Assembly (NCBI GenBank): GCA_964187785.1
Contig: OZ076413.1
Coordinates: 43,278,001 to 43,342,000, forward strand
Source: Amphiscolops sp. MND2022
Lineage: Eukaryota
Reading direction: 5' to 3'
DNA: 64,000 nt
In this document: positions 1 to 11,800 of the stretch, piece by piece
Layout of the letters: the number at the start of each line of letters is the position of its first letter
Position numbering within the stretch: position 1 is the stretch's first letter
The notes under the pieces: generated by a model
Told to the model about the DNA's origin: nothing
Seen by the model: only the letters and a program-made list of their open reading frames with translations
Databases searched by the model: none
Program-made: the position numbers and the translations under genes

Positions 1-2101
1 TTCTGAACATTTCGGGCTTTTTATCGCTTGCGCGGTCTCCGGTTTTCTCCAGTTTGAACAGTACTTCGCGCAGTTCTCGTTCGTGGTCATCAGCACAGCC
101 GTTCGTCACACATATGATGTTATCTAACCATACTGGTGTTTTGAATTCCAGTACTTTGTCGATGTGTTCTTGGAATATTGGAAAAGTCGGTTGGAATATT
201 GGACAGCCCGCAGAAGCCTTTCTTGAAACGGTAGTGGCCGGTAAAGTCGACACCAGTTATGGAAAATACGCAATGCTTCGAGGACAATAATTTGTCTTGT
301 CCGTAGGTATAATCCAGGTCGATCTTCGACATCCATATTTCACCAATCTTTTTTGTAATTTCTGCGCAAATTTTGCTGATTAATTCTTTCATGTTCGGCA
401 TAGCCGCTTTTCTTTTTATACTGGATTCGTTCAATTTTCTGGAGTCTAAGGTTATTTTGACCGATTTATCTTTCTTTATGGTTATAACGGCCGGTGAGAC
501 AAAGCAGTTTTCTGTCGTTCCGTCTGCCTTCCCCAGGTGCCCCTTTGCAATTAGTTTCTCTAATTCATGCCGTACACTATTCTTGAAATGGATTGGCACC
601 GGTCTCCTTTTTTGTTGAACTTGTTTGGTGTCCTTCTTCAGCTGGATGTCGATTGTTAAATTCTCTATTGTGTGATGATTTTCAAACAGATTTCGTTGAA
701 TTTTTTACGTTGTTTTATTTTTTAAACAATTTCGTTGAGGATTTTCATGCTTCTCTCGTTCATGGTTATCTTCCAGAATATGTGCGTGTTTCGGCTGCCT
801 TGTAGTCCGATCTCCAGTTTATCCAACCAATCAAGCCCCAATAATGGTTGTGTGTTTTTGTTCTCGGTTATGAATACTGGAAATGTTACTTTGCTTTTTT
901 CTGTTTTCACTTCTACCAATGCTTCACCTTTGAATTTTATTGGATTTTTGTTTACGTCTACAAAGCATCTCATTGTTTTCGTCAACTCTTCGGATTAAAT
1001 ATCGGCGAAATATTGGTAATAAAGAATCCGGTATCGGCAATGAATTTTATTGGCTGTCCCTCCACCAAAGAATTGCTTTGTTGGGATCTATCCGGTTAAC
1101 GCCGTTGGCGGACTGAATATGGTACACTTCAGGCCATGGCTCGGTGTTACTTCGCGCTTGATTTGCGTCCTGTCCTGTATCTGGTTCACGATCTTACTTT
1201 TACAAACTCTGGCAAAATGTCCAGTCTTTTTCAAATATTGCACTATTATTTCCGTGCTGGACAGATATGTTCTAGTGTCCACTTAGGTTTCCCGCAAAAA
1301 TGGCAACTCCGGGTTGACATTTTCTTCTTGTCGGTGTCCAGCGGCCTTCGCTTCCGTGCAGATCTGGTAAAGGCAACTTGTTCTCCGCTGGAGAAAACCC
1401 ACCTCGATGTTTTACTTTTTTGTTTTTTTGTGGCCGCACTTGCGGTTGTAGTTGTCGAGTTCTATTGTTTCTAGGACAGCTCGTAGTTCTAATGGGACTT
1501 TGATAAATTTGTCCCGGGCCTTTTTGTCATTGATTGTTGCTGCAAATTTGTACTTGATAATTTCTTTGGGTGTTATTCGGTTGAACTCGCATATTCTTTC
1601 GGTGTCCACCAATCTTTTCCAAAATTCATCAGGCGTTTATCCGTCTTCCTGCTTTACTTTGAAGAATTCGGCTCTGCTGTTGATTACGTTTCGAGCTGGC
1701 ATGAGTGTCTTCTTGAATAGTTTGAGTAGTTCTTGTATGTTGACGTTTTTCAGCTTTGACCCCACTGGCCTCTCATAATCTCAGGTTTTGCTTTTGGGCC
1801 CAGAGTCCAAATGACGTCGCCCTTTATGTGGTAGATTTTGTGGGCATCCATGTCTTCAATCCCATGGTCCATCAAGTTTTCTAAGTTTTTGTGATAGGTG
1901 AGATCAATATACTCCGATATCTGCTCCCAGAACTTTCTTGGGTTAATTTTTGTCAAATCTGTCTCCCGATCAGATAGAATAGGGATTTTGTACTTGTATT
2001 TCTTCCTTCCATCGTCGTTGATTGTGATCCCGATTGTTCGGCTTGTCCCGATTGTTCGGACATGTTTGGGTCAGTGTTCATTTTTCTGATTGTTCTTTTT
2101 T

Positions 2102-2111
2102 GACTGCGCCA
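2102..2111 (-). promoter_or_regulatory. Primer-binding site TGGCGCAGTC (tRNA-Ser-like)
   Basis: Lies between the candidate LTR and gag; resembles tRNA-Ser PBSs of insect Gypsy elements. Confidence 0.6.
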
Positions 2112-2304
2112 TATAATAGACTGGGGAAAAGTCTAGTAAGGAAATTGAATTCAAATCAAAGAGTAACAGTGAACAACCTTTTTTCTTGTGTCAAAACTAA
2201 GTGTATGTATAAACTAGCATAGTTCATAGCATCAAAACAGATTATTTTCTTTTTTGGCAGGTATCATCTAATTGGTCTAGACGACTCCTCTTATCTCTAT
2301 AACA
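2112..2304 (-). repeat. Candidate short 5' LTR of Gypsy A
   Basis: Minus strand begins TGTTATAG (2304) and ends CTATTATA (imperfect inverted end), directly followed by the PBS. The partner LTR is outside the window. Confidence 0.55.
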
Positions 2305-2769
2305 ATTAATATCCTAATTTTCTTAATATGACTCCAGGTTGATCATACTCTGGACAATAAAGAATTTTGGTTACAGGCTGACCATACTCTAAACCATATA
2401 TGGCCCAGAATATGGTCTGCCTGAAACCATAAACCTTCATGGCCCATAGTATTTTTCAACCTGTTTTTGTATGAGAGGGAAACCAGGCGAACTGAATAAT
2501 CCCAGTGGACAATGATGTGCGTAAGTTTTTGTTTGGCCACTGTATGAAAAAATCTAATCCTTTATCTTTTTATTAGATAACCGAGTTAAAACTACCTTTG
2601 TATATCCTTTTTGCCTTAAAATTTCCAAGGTCATTTTACGCACTTTTTTCGAAACTTGAAGATGCTGCTTTCAGGTCATTAACTGTCTGCAATGTATTGC
2701 TGTAGACCAACATGAGTCACCAGTTTTTGTTGCAACTGAATCATCTCTCATCGTAGTGTTCATAACCGA

Positions 2770-2849
2770 ATGAAGCATCGTGGAAAGCAAATGAAGTGGA
2801 TTCAACAATCGCTTTACGTTTCTGTTTTCCATTCTCTACTAACAATCAG
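2770..2849 (+). CDS. CAP gene exon 1 (putative start; weak signal-peptide-like segment)
   Basis: ATG 2770, MKHRGKQMKWIQQSLYVSVFHSLLTI, donor AG|GTTAGT, phase 2 matching the next exon. Confidence 0.55.
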
Positions 2850-5800
2850 GTTAGTGGTTTTCTGATTTCATTATAACAAACGCAGTAGCTTTTAAAACGT
2901 TTCAGACTTCCTTGAGATCAAAACTTTTCTCAAACTGTTATCATTGCGCAACATTTTTATTCAAAATTAACGAAAATTCGCAATAAGTACCCGTTAAAAG
3001 TTGTTGACGAAAATTGGACGGAAAAACAGTACAATTTGCCGGGATTACAACTTAAATACAGAATTACAATAGGTCGTTGTTGATTTCATTTTTCTGCTTG
3101 AATTTAGTATGCGGCTTCATATGGCTTCTTTATCACGTTTAAATACAATTCACCGCAAGTTTCTGAAGCAAATATGGCCATATACGTTTCCAGATGAACT
3201 GACAGAGGCAAACTACATGATTCGAAAACAGTCACAATCTAGAATTGAATTGAACTAGACAAATTGAAACAAAAATTAGATCATATAGATCAAAATCGTG
3301 GCAAAGCAAGAGTATTCCAGTGTTAATTAAAAGTTTTCCATCCTAGTGGTTGGCAACTGTTTGGTAAACCTGGAGTTGGCAGGAGAGGGAACAGACACGA
3401 CGAGACTATGAACGACGGTGTGAAGGTTAACTTCCAGCTAGCCTACAATATATACAAGTGCCTTGAGGTGAACATTTTAAAATCAAAAAGAATGGGTTAA
3501 CCTTGTTTTTTTGTTATTTTGCGGACATCATGTTGCTCTGTGAGTCTCCGTCAATCATTTGGACACTGATAAATGACCTTGAAACTTAGAAACCAGGCTG
3601 ATTTTAGTTTGAGAAGGGATCTCCGCAGTTTCTCGACAGACAAGTGATGAACAAACACAATGAGTACAGAAACTACGCTGGTCTCAATTCGCTGGAGTGG
3701 AACAAGACTTTAGGTTAATTGATTGTTATTTTATCGAAGATTCAGCAATCTTTCTGTTATAACGGTACTCATATGTCGGTTTGTTCGTTAATCGAGTCAG
3801 GGAGTAATATGGGCTCTTTTCTGCTTCCCCCCCACCACCAAAATTTTTGGAAGCAAATTTCCTTAAAAACTTTACACTACCCTAATTAAAAGTAAAACCT
3901 CTTTTCATAATGGGAAGTTAAGGTCCATTGGAATAGTGTTTTGCTTTAACAAAACATTGTTCACGCTTTTTGACTATAGTTGTGCTCGTATTAAGTGTCA
4001 AACGGTTTATTGATGACTCAAAACAGGAAGCTGTTGATTTCTTCATCAAAAATGCGTGACTACATATTGAAAAAGTGTGAATAAAATTTGTATCTGGATC
4101 CTAAACTGTCACATTAAGAATGAATGTAAATTTGAAGCTTTCTGGTTTGTATTCAGGTCTTTTTTATACGATTTTCACTAATTTTTTGGAAAAAATTTGG
4201 TGGTGGGGGGGGGACAGAAAAGAGCCGTAATATGCAATTACGATGTTTGATACCAACAATACATTGAGATTGAATAGAAAGATTGGATAGAAGTCATACT
4301 GTGTAGCGGATATTTAATCACTGAAAATCATGGAAGTTCATAGACGTTCATGAGAATAATTGTAATGGTTTCCTAAGATCGCGAAACTGTGAATACTATT
4401 TCACTAAGATACCTAGTGATTTTGCGTCCATCTTCACGAAGTGCTACAGCGTTGTCGCATCCCTCAAGGTGCGATGGTTCCGTAGTGCAACTATAAAAAA
4501 GGAACGCTTGAACAATTTCATTAAATTAACACTTTATACTGCATTAAAAGTCATCTTGATGATGTTTTTGTCTTGTCATGTAAATTATTTGTTTATTCCT
4601 AATCATGATGTTGTTCTTGGCCTGGTTTCTAGGTCCTTCAAAGGCGCTTGGCTTATTTGAATCCCATTCAAAAATGTAACACGTGCAGAAAGATTACATA
4701 AGCATGATCAATCTGTTATTTTTGATTTTCCATTATACGTAGTCATACTACAATTAGGACAACGAATAAGCACCAAGGAGCGCTTTGCAAATACCAAAAA
4801 TACGCCATTATACATAAAATGGCCTTACGAATATACGCCATTATGCGTAAAATGATTTTCGAGTATGCGTCATCATACGTTTTTTGAATATGCGTTAATA
4901 TGGTTTTGTTGATGACCAGTATATGCGGTAACATACTTTTTCATCATTCTCAGAATACATTGTCATGCGGTTCAAGCAGTGACGGACATACGATACCGTA
5001 CGCGTTTCATAATAAAACTGCAAATAACCATGCGGATTGAATTAGAATGTATATGCATTATTGTTCGTTTTTGATATAATTGTTCACAGGTGTCGCACGT
5101 CGTCCTACGGTTTAGGGTATAACGTATATGCGGCGTTATGAATTTTTAAACCAAAAGCAAAGTATTTGAATGTCATGCAGTTATACATCATCAAATAGCA
5201 TTCGTGGTGTTTATTATATCTTTTTGCAGTGTTTTTCCAGGGTCTTGAGACCATTTAGTCACATTTGCATTATTGTGGGAGCGAAATAAATAGAATTACA
5301 TAACGCTGACGCTATTCTATTTTTGCAGTTTTCCAGGACTCTATGAAATTTGTAAAAAAACTTGTCAATTTTGGAAAAGAGAATCCGTAAAAAGCAAGGT
5401 TCAAATTAAAATACCTCCCGTCGAAAACAATTGATATAACTTGTACAAGTTTTGTCAAAATTCTCCAGTGTTCATTGTTTTCTACCAAAATTGGTCAATT
5501 TGAGAAGATACTTCAATATCTTCCCAGCAAACATAACTTGTTTTCTACTGAACGAAATGGGAAATAGGAGAAACCGAAGGCCGAGGAGGCTAGGAACCCC
5601 CTCTCCTGACAGAGGAACTAGTGGAACTAGAGTTGATTTTTCAGAAAGAAATAATATAACTTTAACGAATTCTAAATTGAATGTTCAGGAAAGTTTAGCT
5701 GAATCTAATGTGGGAAGTCAGTTAGGAGAGCCCAGCCAAATTAGTGATGAGATATAAGTTTGGACACAGATCAGTGAACAGAAAATTACTGAGAGAATAG

Positions 5801-8800
5801 AAAAGATGAGAGAAGAATTGAATAACAAATTAGAAGCAATTCTGAAAGAGAAAAAATCCAACCAAAGTGCATCAACGGTGACAAGTTCAAGGTTTGATGT
5901 TAATGAAATACAAGATACACATGCTTCGGGATCCAAAATAGATAAATCTAGAGGAGTTCGCGCATCTAATAACGAAAATCCAGACTATGAAAGCGACGAA
6001 TATCCTCTTAGAGCTTCAAAAATGAAAGATATAAAAAAATCCTGCAAAACCATTATTCCAAAATGAATCAGACGTAGGTATAACAACACATTCAAATGAA
6101 GAATCCGATGAAGATGATTATCACATGGTGACAGGAGTCAACCGACAACTCCATAGACGGAGTTCACAAAATCCCCAATCTCTCAATGGTACCACAGGAT
6201 CCCACGCAGACCACAACAAACCCAGCCCAAATCGACAGCAAACCCACTTGACCCAGTTAATCAGATTGCTTTTGCAAGAGAAAAACTAGCCAACAAAAAC
6301 ACTCCACAATCACTATTTCATCCAAAAAATACACTCACGTTCATAGGCAAAAATGGGAAAAACAAAAAATTTGAATACTTCGAAGACTTATTTCACACAA
6401 CTCCTCGAATGCAACCCAACCTCCCAGAGGAGATGAAAATCAACCGTTTTCACGCACACGTCAGATGTTTAGCATTAAAAACAATTAAAACATCCAAAGA
6501 AATCCTCATACAACGCTGGAAGACATCTCAAAGGTTTTCCGCAGGAAGTTTGTTAAACCGGAGTCTAGCGCTTCGGCAAAACATAGATTTCACATACTCT
6601 CCCTTCAACCTGAGAATCAAAAACTCCCAGACTTCCAAGAAGAACTCTCGGAAAGTTCAAAGAAAGCATTTGGAGAAAATGAACACCAAATGATAGAGAA
6701 TCTGCTCTATGCTAAAATTTGTCAATCACGCATACATTTAAAGTGGCACCTATGACCAAACTGTCAAACATCGTGAACGAGAGATGAAACTCAATGGGCT
6801 TGAAGCTGACGAACTCTAGTCAAAATCCAGATGACTGCAACTAAAAAAGAACAAAAAACAGAACAACCCAATAAGAAGCAATATGAGAAAAACAAAAAAC
6901 AAACTCCGAAAACAGTACCCGATATAACACTTGAAAACGACCAAGGCCAATATTGTAAAGACGCTTTCAAAAGAAAGTTTTGTGCTGTTGTGTTGATTTC
7001 TGCAGCTGTCTGCTGAATGTTCTTTATTTCGTTACGAACTACGAAGATGACTCTAGTTTTTGATAAAATTTTTGTCCACGACGAAAATCTTGAATAGTCG
7101 ATCAATCTGGATTTCCGAATGCTATTGCAGTAAAGACTGGTTGAATTCGGTGAAGGCTCTGTGGGAACAGGTATGCTGGTTGGCTGTGTTGGCTAGTGTT
7201 CCTCAGTCTGAAGAAGAAAAGGAGGACTCTTGATCCAAGAAGAATCTTGAATTTTAATGGCGGGCAGTCCTCTGGTTCCTTCGTCTGCGGGGTTTTCTTT
7301 TGTCGAAACATACCTCCATTCCGTTTTTTCGGCTGTGTTCAAGGATTTCGTAAATGCGGTTGGCTATGAACATTTTGTGCTGTTCCTTGTTTCTATTGTA
7401 TATCCAACCTAAAACGCTCGTACTTTCGCTCCAGTGTACTGTTTTAACTATTTGTAAAATTAGTTCTTTGTTAGGTTTTTTTCTGAGACAGCTGGCATAA
7501 ACAGAGGTTTGCAGTTCCAGCTTGGGGATCGTTTGTTGTTTTATGGGGCTACACGTGTTTTTCCGAGGATGAAAACAGTTCTTGTTTTTCTTTTAAATTC
7601 TGTGATTCGTAAATAGGCGGATACTGCTAGTGCTACTTTTGATGCATCGCAGAAAATGTGAAGTTGGGCGTTCCTGTTTAGTGTTGATCCGATGTATCGT
7701 GGAATTTTGAAGTCTGCAAGTTGTGGCATACATCTCAATGTTCTTGTTAGGGTCTGCTCTGCTGTTTCTTTATCCCGCAATTGACCATTTTTCCAAATGT
7801 CTTGTAGTTGAGTCTTCATTGTGATTGTGAAGGTAGATACTAAGCCCAAGGAGTCGAAAATTTTTGAGATTAGGTTTAAAGCTTTCCGCTGAGTCCAGAC
7901 TGTTCCTTCGAAACAATCAAACTTGGGTCTCTGTATTCCAATTGAGTCTTCGAAAAGGCTCCACTTGACACGTAGAATTCTTTCAGTGTTTTCGTGATGA
8001 AATAATTTTTCAATCGGTTTTGCGGAAAGTTCCTGAGGCATTTTCTGACAAAAAGTAATTTCGTTGCTACGCTATTTCGTCAAATTGAAGGAACGTTTTA
8101 GTTCGAGTTGTCTCATGTTGCGTTTCATTGTGAGGCCTTCTTGGACGTCATTCACAGACCCTATGTAGTCATCCGTGTAAAAGTCTTCGAACACTGCTTT
8201 TGATGCTGCTGGAAATTCAGTCTTGTGGTCTCGGGCACTTTTTTGTAGTGCATAAAGTGCGCAAGTTGGTAAGTCTTTTGCTCCAAAAATATGCCCATGA
8301 TACTCGTAAACTTCTGGTTCTTCAAACTCGTTGTTTGTCCAATGAAAACGAAGATATCGGTGATCTTGGGCTCGTACACCGACTTGCATAAACATGCCTT
8401 CTATGTCGGCCAATAAAAGAACTGGTCTTTCGCGACATCTCAGAAGGATGCAAAGTAGGCTTCCCAACAAATCGGGACCCAGAAGGAGTTTATCATTTAG
8501 GCAAAAACTGATCGATTTTGCTGCGGCGTTAGATTTTCTTCTAACTTTTCCGGGCTTATTGGAGTTGACTAATCCATAATGAGGAATTACCCATTTTGTT
8601 TCGTGATGTTCTTCAGGAGGAACCTTTCTGATGTAGCCTTTCGTGATGTCACTTTCGATACCTGTTTCATAAGTAGTTTTTAGATCAGGTGTCTTGTTCA
8701 GGCGTTGCATCAAAAATGCAACATGGCGTTCGGCGTAAAATCTGTTATTGTGAAGTTGGCTGTCGTCTCTCCACAACAAACCTGTTTCGTATCTACCATC

Positions 8801-11800
8801 AACTTTCTTGCAAGTATTCTGAAGTATTTTTTGAGCTCGTTCATCTTCTTGGTTGTCGTTGGCGTCAGTTTGACATGTTCCGTATGAGTCTGTTTTCCAC
8901 CTACCAGAATGTTTTGAGAATTGAAACGTTCGGAATTGTTAGCATCGGAAATTTGAAATTGGACTGTCTTAGTAGAAAGGTTCTTTTGACTATTGAATCC
9001 TCTTATGATGACATCTGAAGTCTCCATGGGTTTTCACTCTAATATTTTGGCCAACTGGGGTGACATGGAGCTACTAGTGCTCCCATTGTCCAATAGTGCA
9101 TAGAAAGTTTGCTTTTGTGATAAGCTGTGCACGGTAACCGGCACTACCTGAACCATGGCTGAACAGTTAGCTTTTGTTGTGAAGACTTCGGCTTCATCGT
9201 TCGTTCTTACCTGCTGTTTATTGCAAAAGTTAACCGAGTTGGACTTAGGCGCTGTTTTCTCTCGGTGAAGAACTGTGTTGTGTCGTTGGTTGCAATTGTT
9301 GATCCTGCATGCGGATTTTGATAAACACTCTTTCAACAGGTGATTTTGGCTCAAGTAGTTGAAACAAAGACCTAGCACTTTTACGTTGACATGTCTTTCT
9401 TCGGGAGACATCTTTTTGAAGTTTCGCGTTTGCAAATCTGATGCGAGCCGTCGTTCAAAGGACAAAGAAGTTTCGGGGGTAATTGTCTGTACATTGCAGT
9501 CGTTGTTTTGGAATTCTGAACAAAATATACCTGATGAATTGCAGGGTGTTCAACGTTTTCTTGGTCAAGTTGCTCGTATGCTTCGGCTATTGGTTGAATT
9601 GGTTGAAGCCAGTCGCTAAGAGTTGACAGGTTTGGCTGTTCAATCTTTTTTTTAAACAAAAAACTGTTGCCACTTCACTCCGTCCGGTTCCAGTCTGTCC
9701 ACTTCGTCGGAGTCATTCCGTTGTGAGACACCCATGTTACCAATACTTGGCACTGAAACTGTTGGTATTTCAGGTGCTGCTGATTGATATGCTGAGGAAA
9801 AACTGGCTGCGTTGGCACTTGGTAGCGAAGCTGCATGGACTTCGACAACTGCTGGCCTATGCTGAAAACCAGTTGGCTGCTGTGAATGATCGCCTCTATT
9901 GCTGAGTTCAGATGGTGTAGTGTCCGGATTGTCAAGAAATTGAACTGGATCTTGACAAGCAGTGGTAGTATAAGACTGAAAAGTTCCTGGTTCCTTGATT
10001 TGTACAGTGATCTGCATTCAATATTGAATCTCCCGTGAACCTTACTTGCAATGGGTTTGGAACCCGCTTACGCGTCTCGCTCAATTCTAGTGCTTTGGCC
10101 CTCAATTCATCACTCTCAATGCAAAATGTAGTCACTTTTCGACTAAATTTGCATGTTCCGATTCATCTGCATTTGCAATCATTGAGTATGTCAACTCTTC
10201 AACTGTTGCTAGTTGTGTCACTACATCTTGCTGATGTTGCTCTAACGAGATTGAAACTTTTCTGTTCAATACTTGCATGGAATGATTCTATTAACGCGTT
10301 GAATCTACTTGTAGCAACAGAGAGTTTAGCCCTCCTGACCATTATAGACACTAGCGTGTTTTGCGTTGAGCCCATTTTGCAGTTATTTGAATTGATCAAT
10401 AGCTCTCATTTTGTACTGCTCGTAAAAGACGACCATCACGTCGGGGTCACCAATAATTATGCGGGAAAATGATTAAATAGAGTTACGAGATAAAAAAAAT
10501 TGAATAATCTTGAGTTACGTTTAGTACCATTGAAATTTTAAGAACTTTCAGACATAATGATCAACTTAGGAATTCCCAACGAGGGGGGTCTCAAGGAGTG
10601 GGCTCACCAGGTGTATGGATCTTTTGAAGAGAACAGAGTCGTGGAACTTCAATTGCGGTCATTAGTTTCGTCTCATCTCATTGAAAGTATTCACAAAAAG
10701 TGAACACTCAAACACGCCCAATCATTGAATAATCAAAAGTCATTGAAGTCAGTATAGTCATTGATGAAGTTTCATTGACACTATGCATCACTCGGTTGCG
10801 AACGTCAAGAGTATTCCATGGCCGTATACCACACAACATCTTTGACTATAAACTTGGTTTTAATACCAATCCTAGATATCAGCCACAAACTGACATTGCT
10901 GAAGAAGTACAACGGCGAATACAGGTTCTCTTAGATCAGACTAAGAAGAACATCATGCAGTCATATCTCAAATACAAAGCTTACTATGATAGAAAAGCAA
11001 AAGCAGCCCCGCTCTAAACTACGGACTACTGCTATACTCTTAATCCAAAGGCAGACAATCAGGCAACAAATATACCAATCGGTGAATTCAGGTGGTGCGG
11101 ACTGTATAAAGTGGAACAAGACTTCCCTAACAATAAATATAAAGTCCAGAGACTTTGTACTAAAACAAAACAGTTACTACATAGAATTCGCCATCGGAAA
11201 TTCATCTCGCAAGCACCACTAGCGGACATATTTGTTCGTGAAACTGATTGCCAGAAAGATGACCAGATGATGGTGGCACAAGATGCTTTATATGTCCAAT
11301 GATGGAATACGAATTTTGGCCCCAAGCCATTTAAGGATGGCCCATCAGAATCTTCACAAAATACCGAAGATATGGAAAATATCCCAAAACAAATACCCAA
11401 AAAAACCACACACCCTCCCTCGAATTTCCCAAAAGATGGGGGGAGCGCAGTGGAACAAACCACTGAACCAGAAGAGGATAATAGAAACGTAACCCCACAA
11501 GAGAATGTTGATGATGATCCAATTACCCTAGAAACCCAAAAAGACCAAAATAATACACTAGGAAGTGATACCCAAAAAACCCCAGAAATTTCTTGAATTA
11601 CCCCATCGGAAGAAGGACCCATAAATACTCGTGGTGAAAAACACAATTTACGTCCCACCCTAACCCAATGTACTCAGACTCCTACAGATTCTAAGAAACA
11701 AAGCAGTGACAAAGTTTTCCCTCACACTTCGAGGACTTGAGATTCAATGAACTATCGTCTATGTCAGCATTCCAGAGAAATCAACATCAAATAAATACAA

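Larger units (their letters stand above)
1..2304 (-). mobile_element. Ty3/Gypsy LTR retrotransposon A, decayed gag-PR-RT with 5' LTR; runs off the window start
   Basis: Minus-strand pieces in Gypsy order: gag with zinc-knuckle remnants (CHFCGKP..H.C; KKTGHFARVC, ~1190-1310), aspartic protease (FIADTG ~1030-1050; PLLGLDWL), RT (SPAVITIKKDKSVKITLDSRKLN; KIDLDYTYGQ; WLDNII at ~115-132). Many stops and frameshifts. Confidence 0.9.
6959..10780 (-). mobile_element. BEL/Pao LTR retrotransposon 1, 3'-truncated, nested antisense in Gypsy B
   Basis: Gag with triple Cys/His knuckle (LCFNYLSQNHLLKEC...CRINNCNQRHNTVLH), protease ALLDNGS, RT (ADIEGMFMQV; HIFGAKDLP; FYTDDY), RNase H (LHIFCDAS...GKTRVAP); integrase and 3' LTR missing. 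Confidence 0.92.

Noticed and set aside
11059..11658. 199-aa minus-strand ORF
   Set aside because: Antisense shadow of the Gypsy integrase tail.
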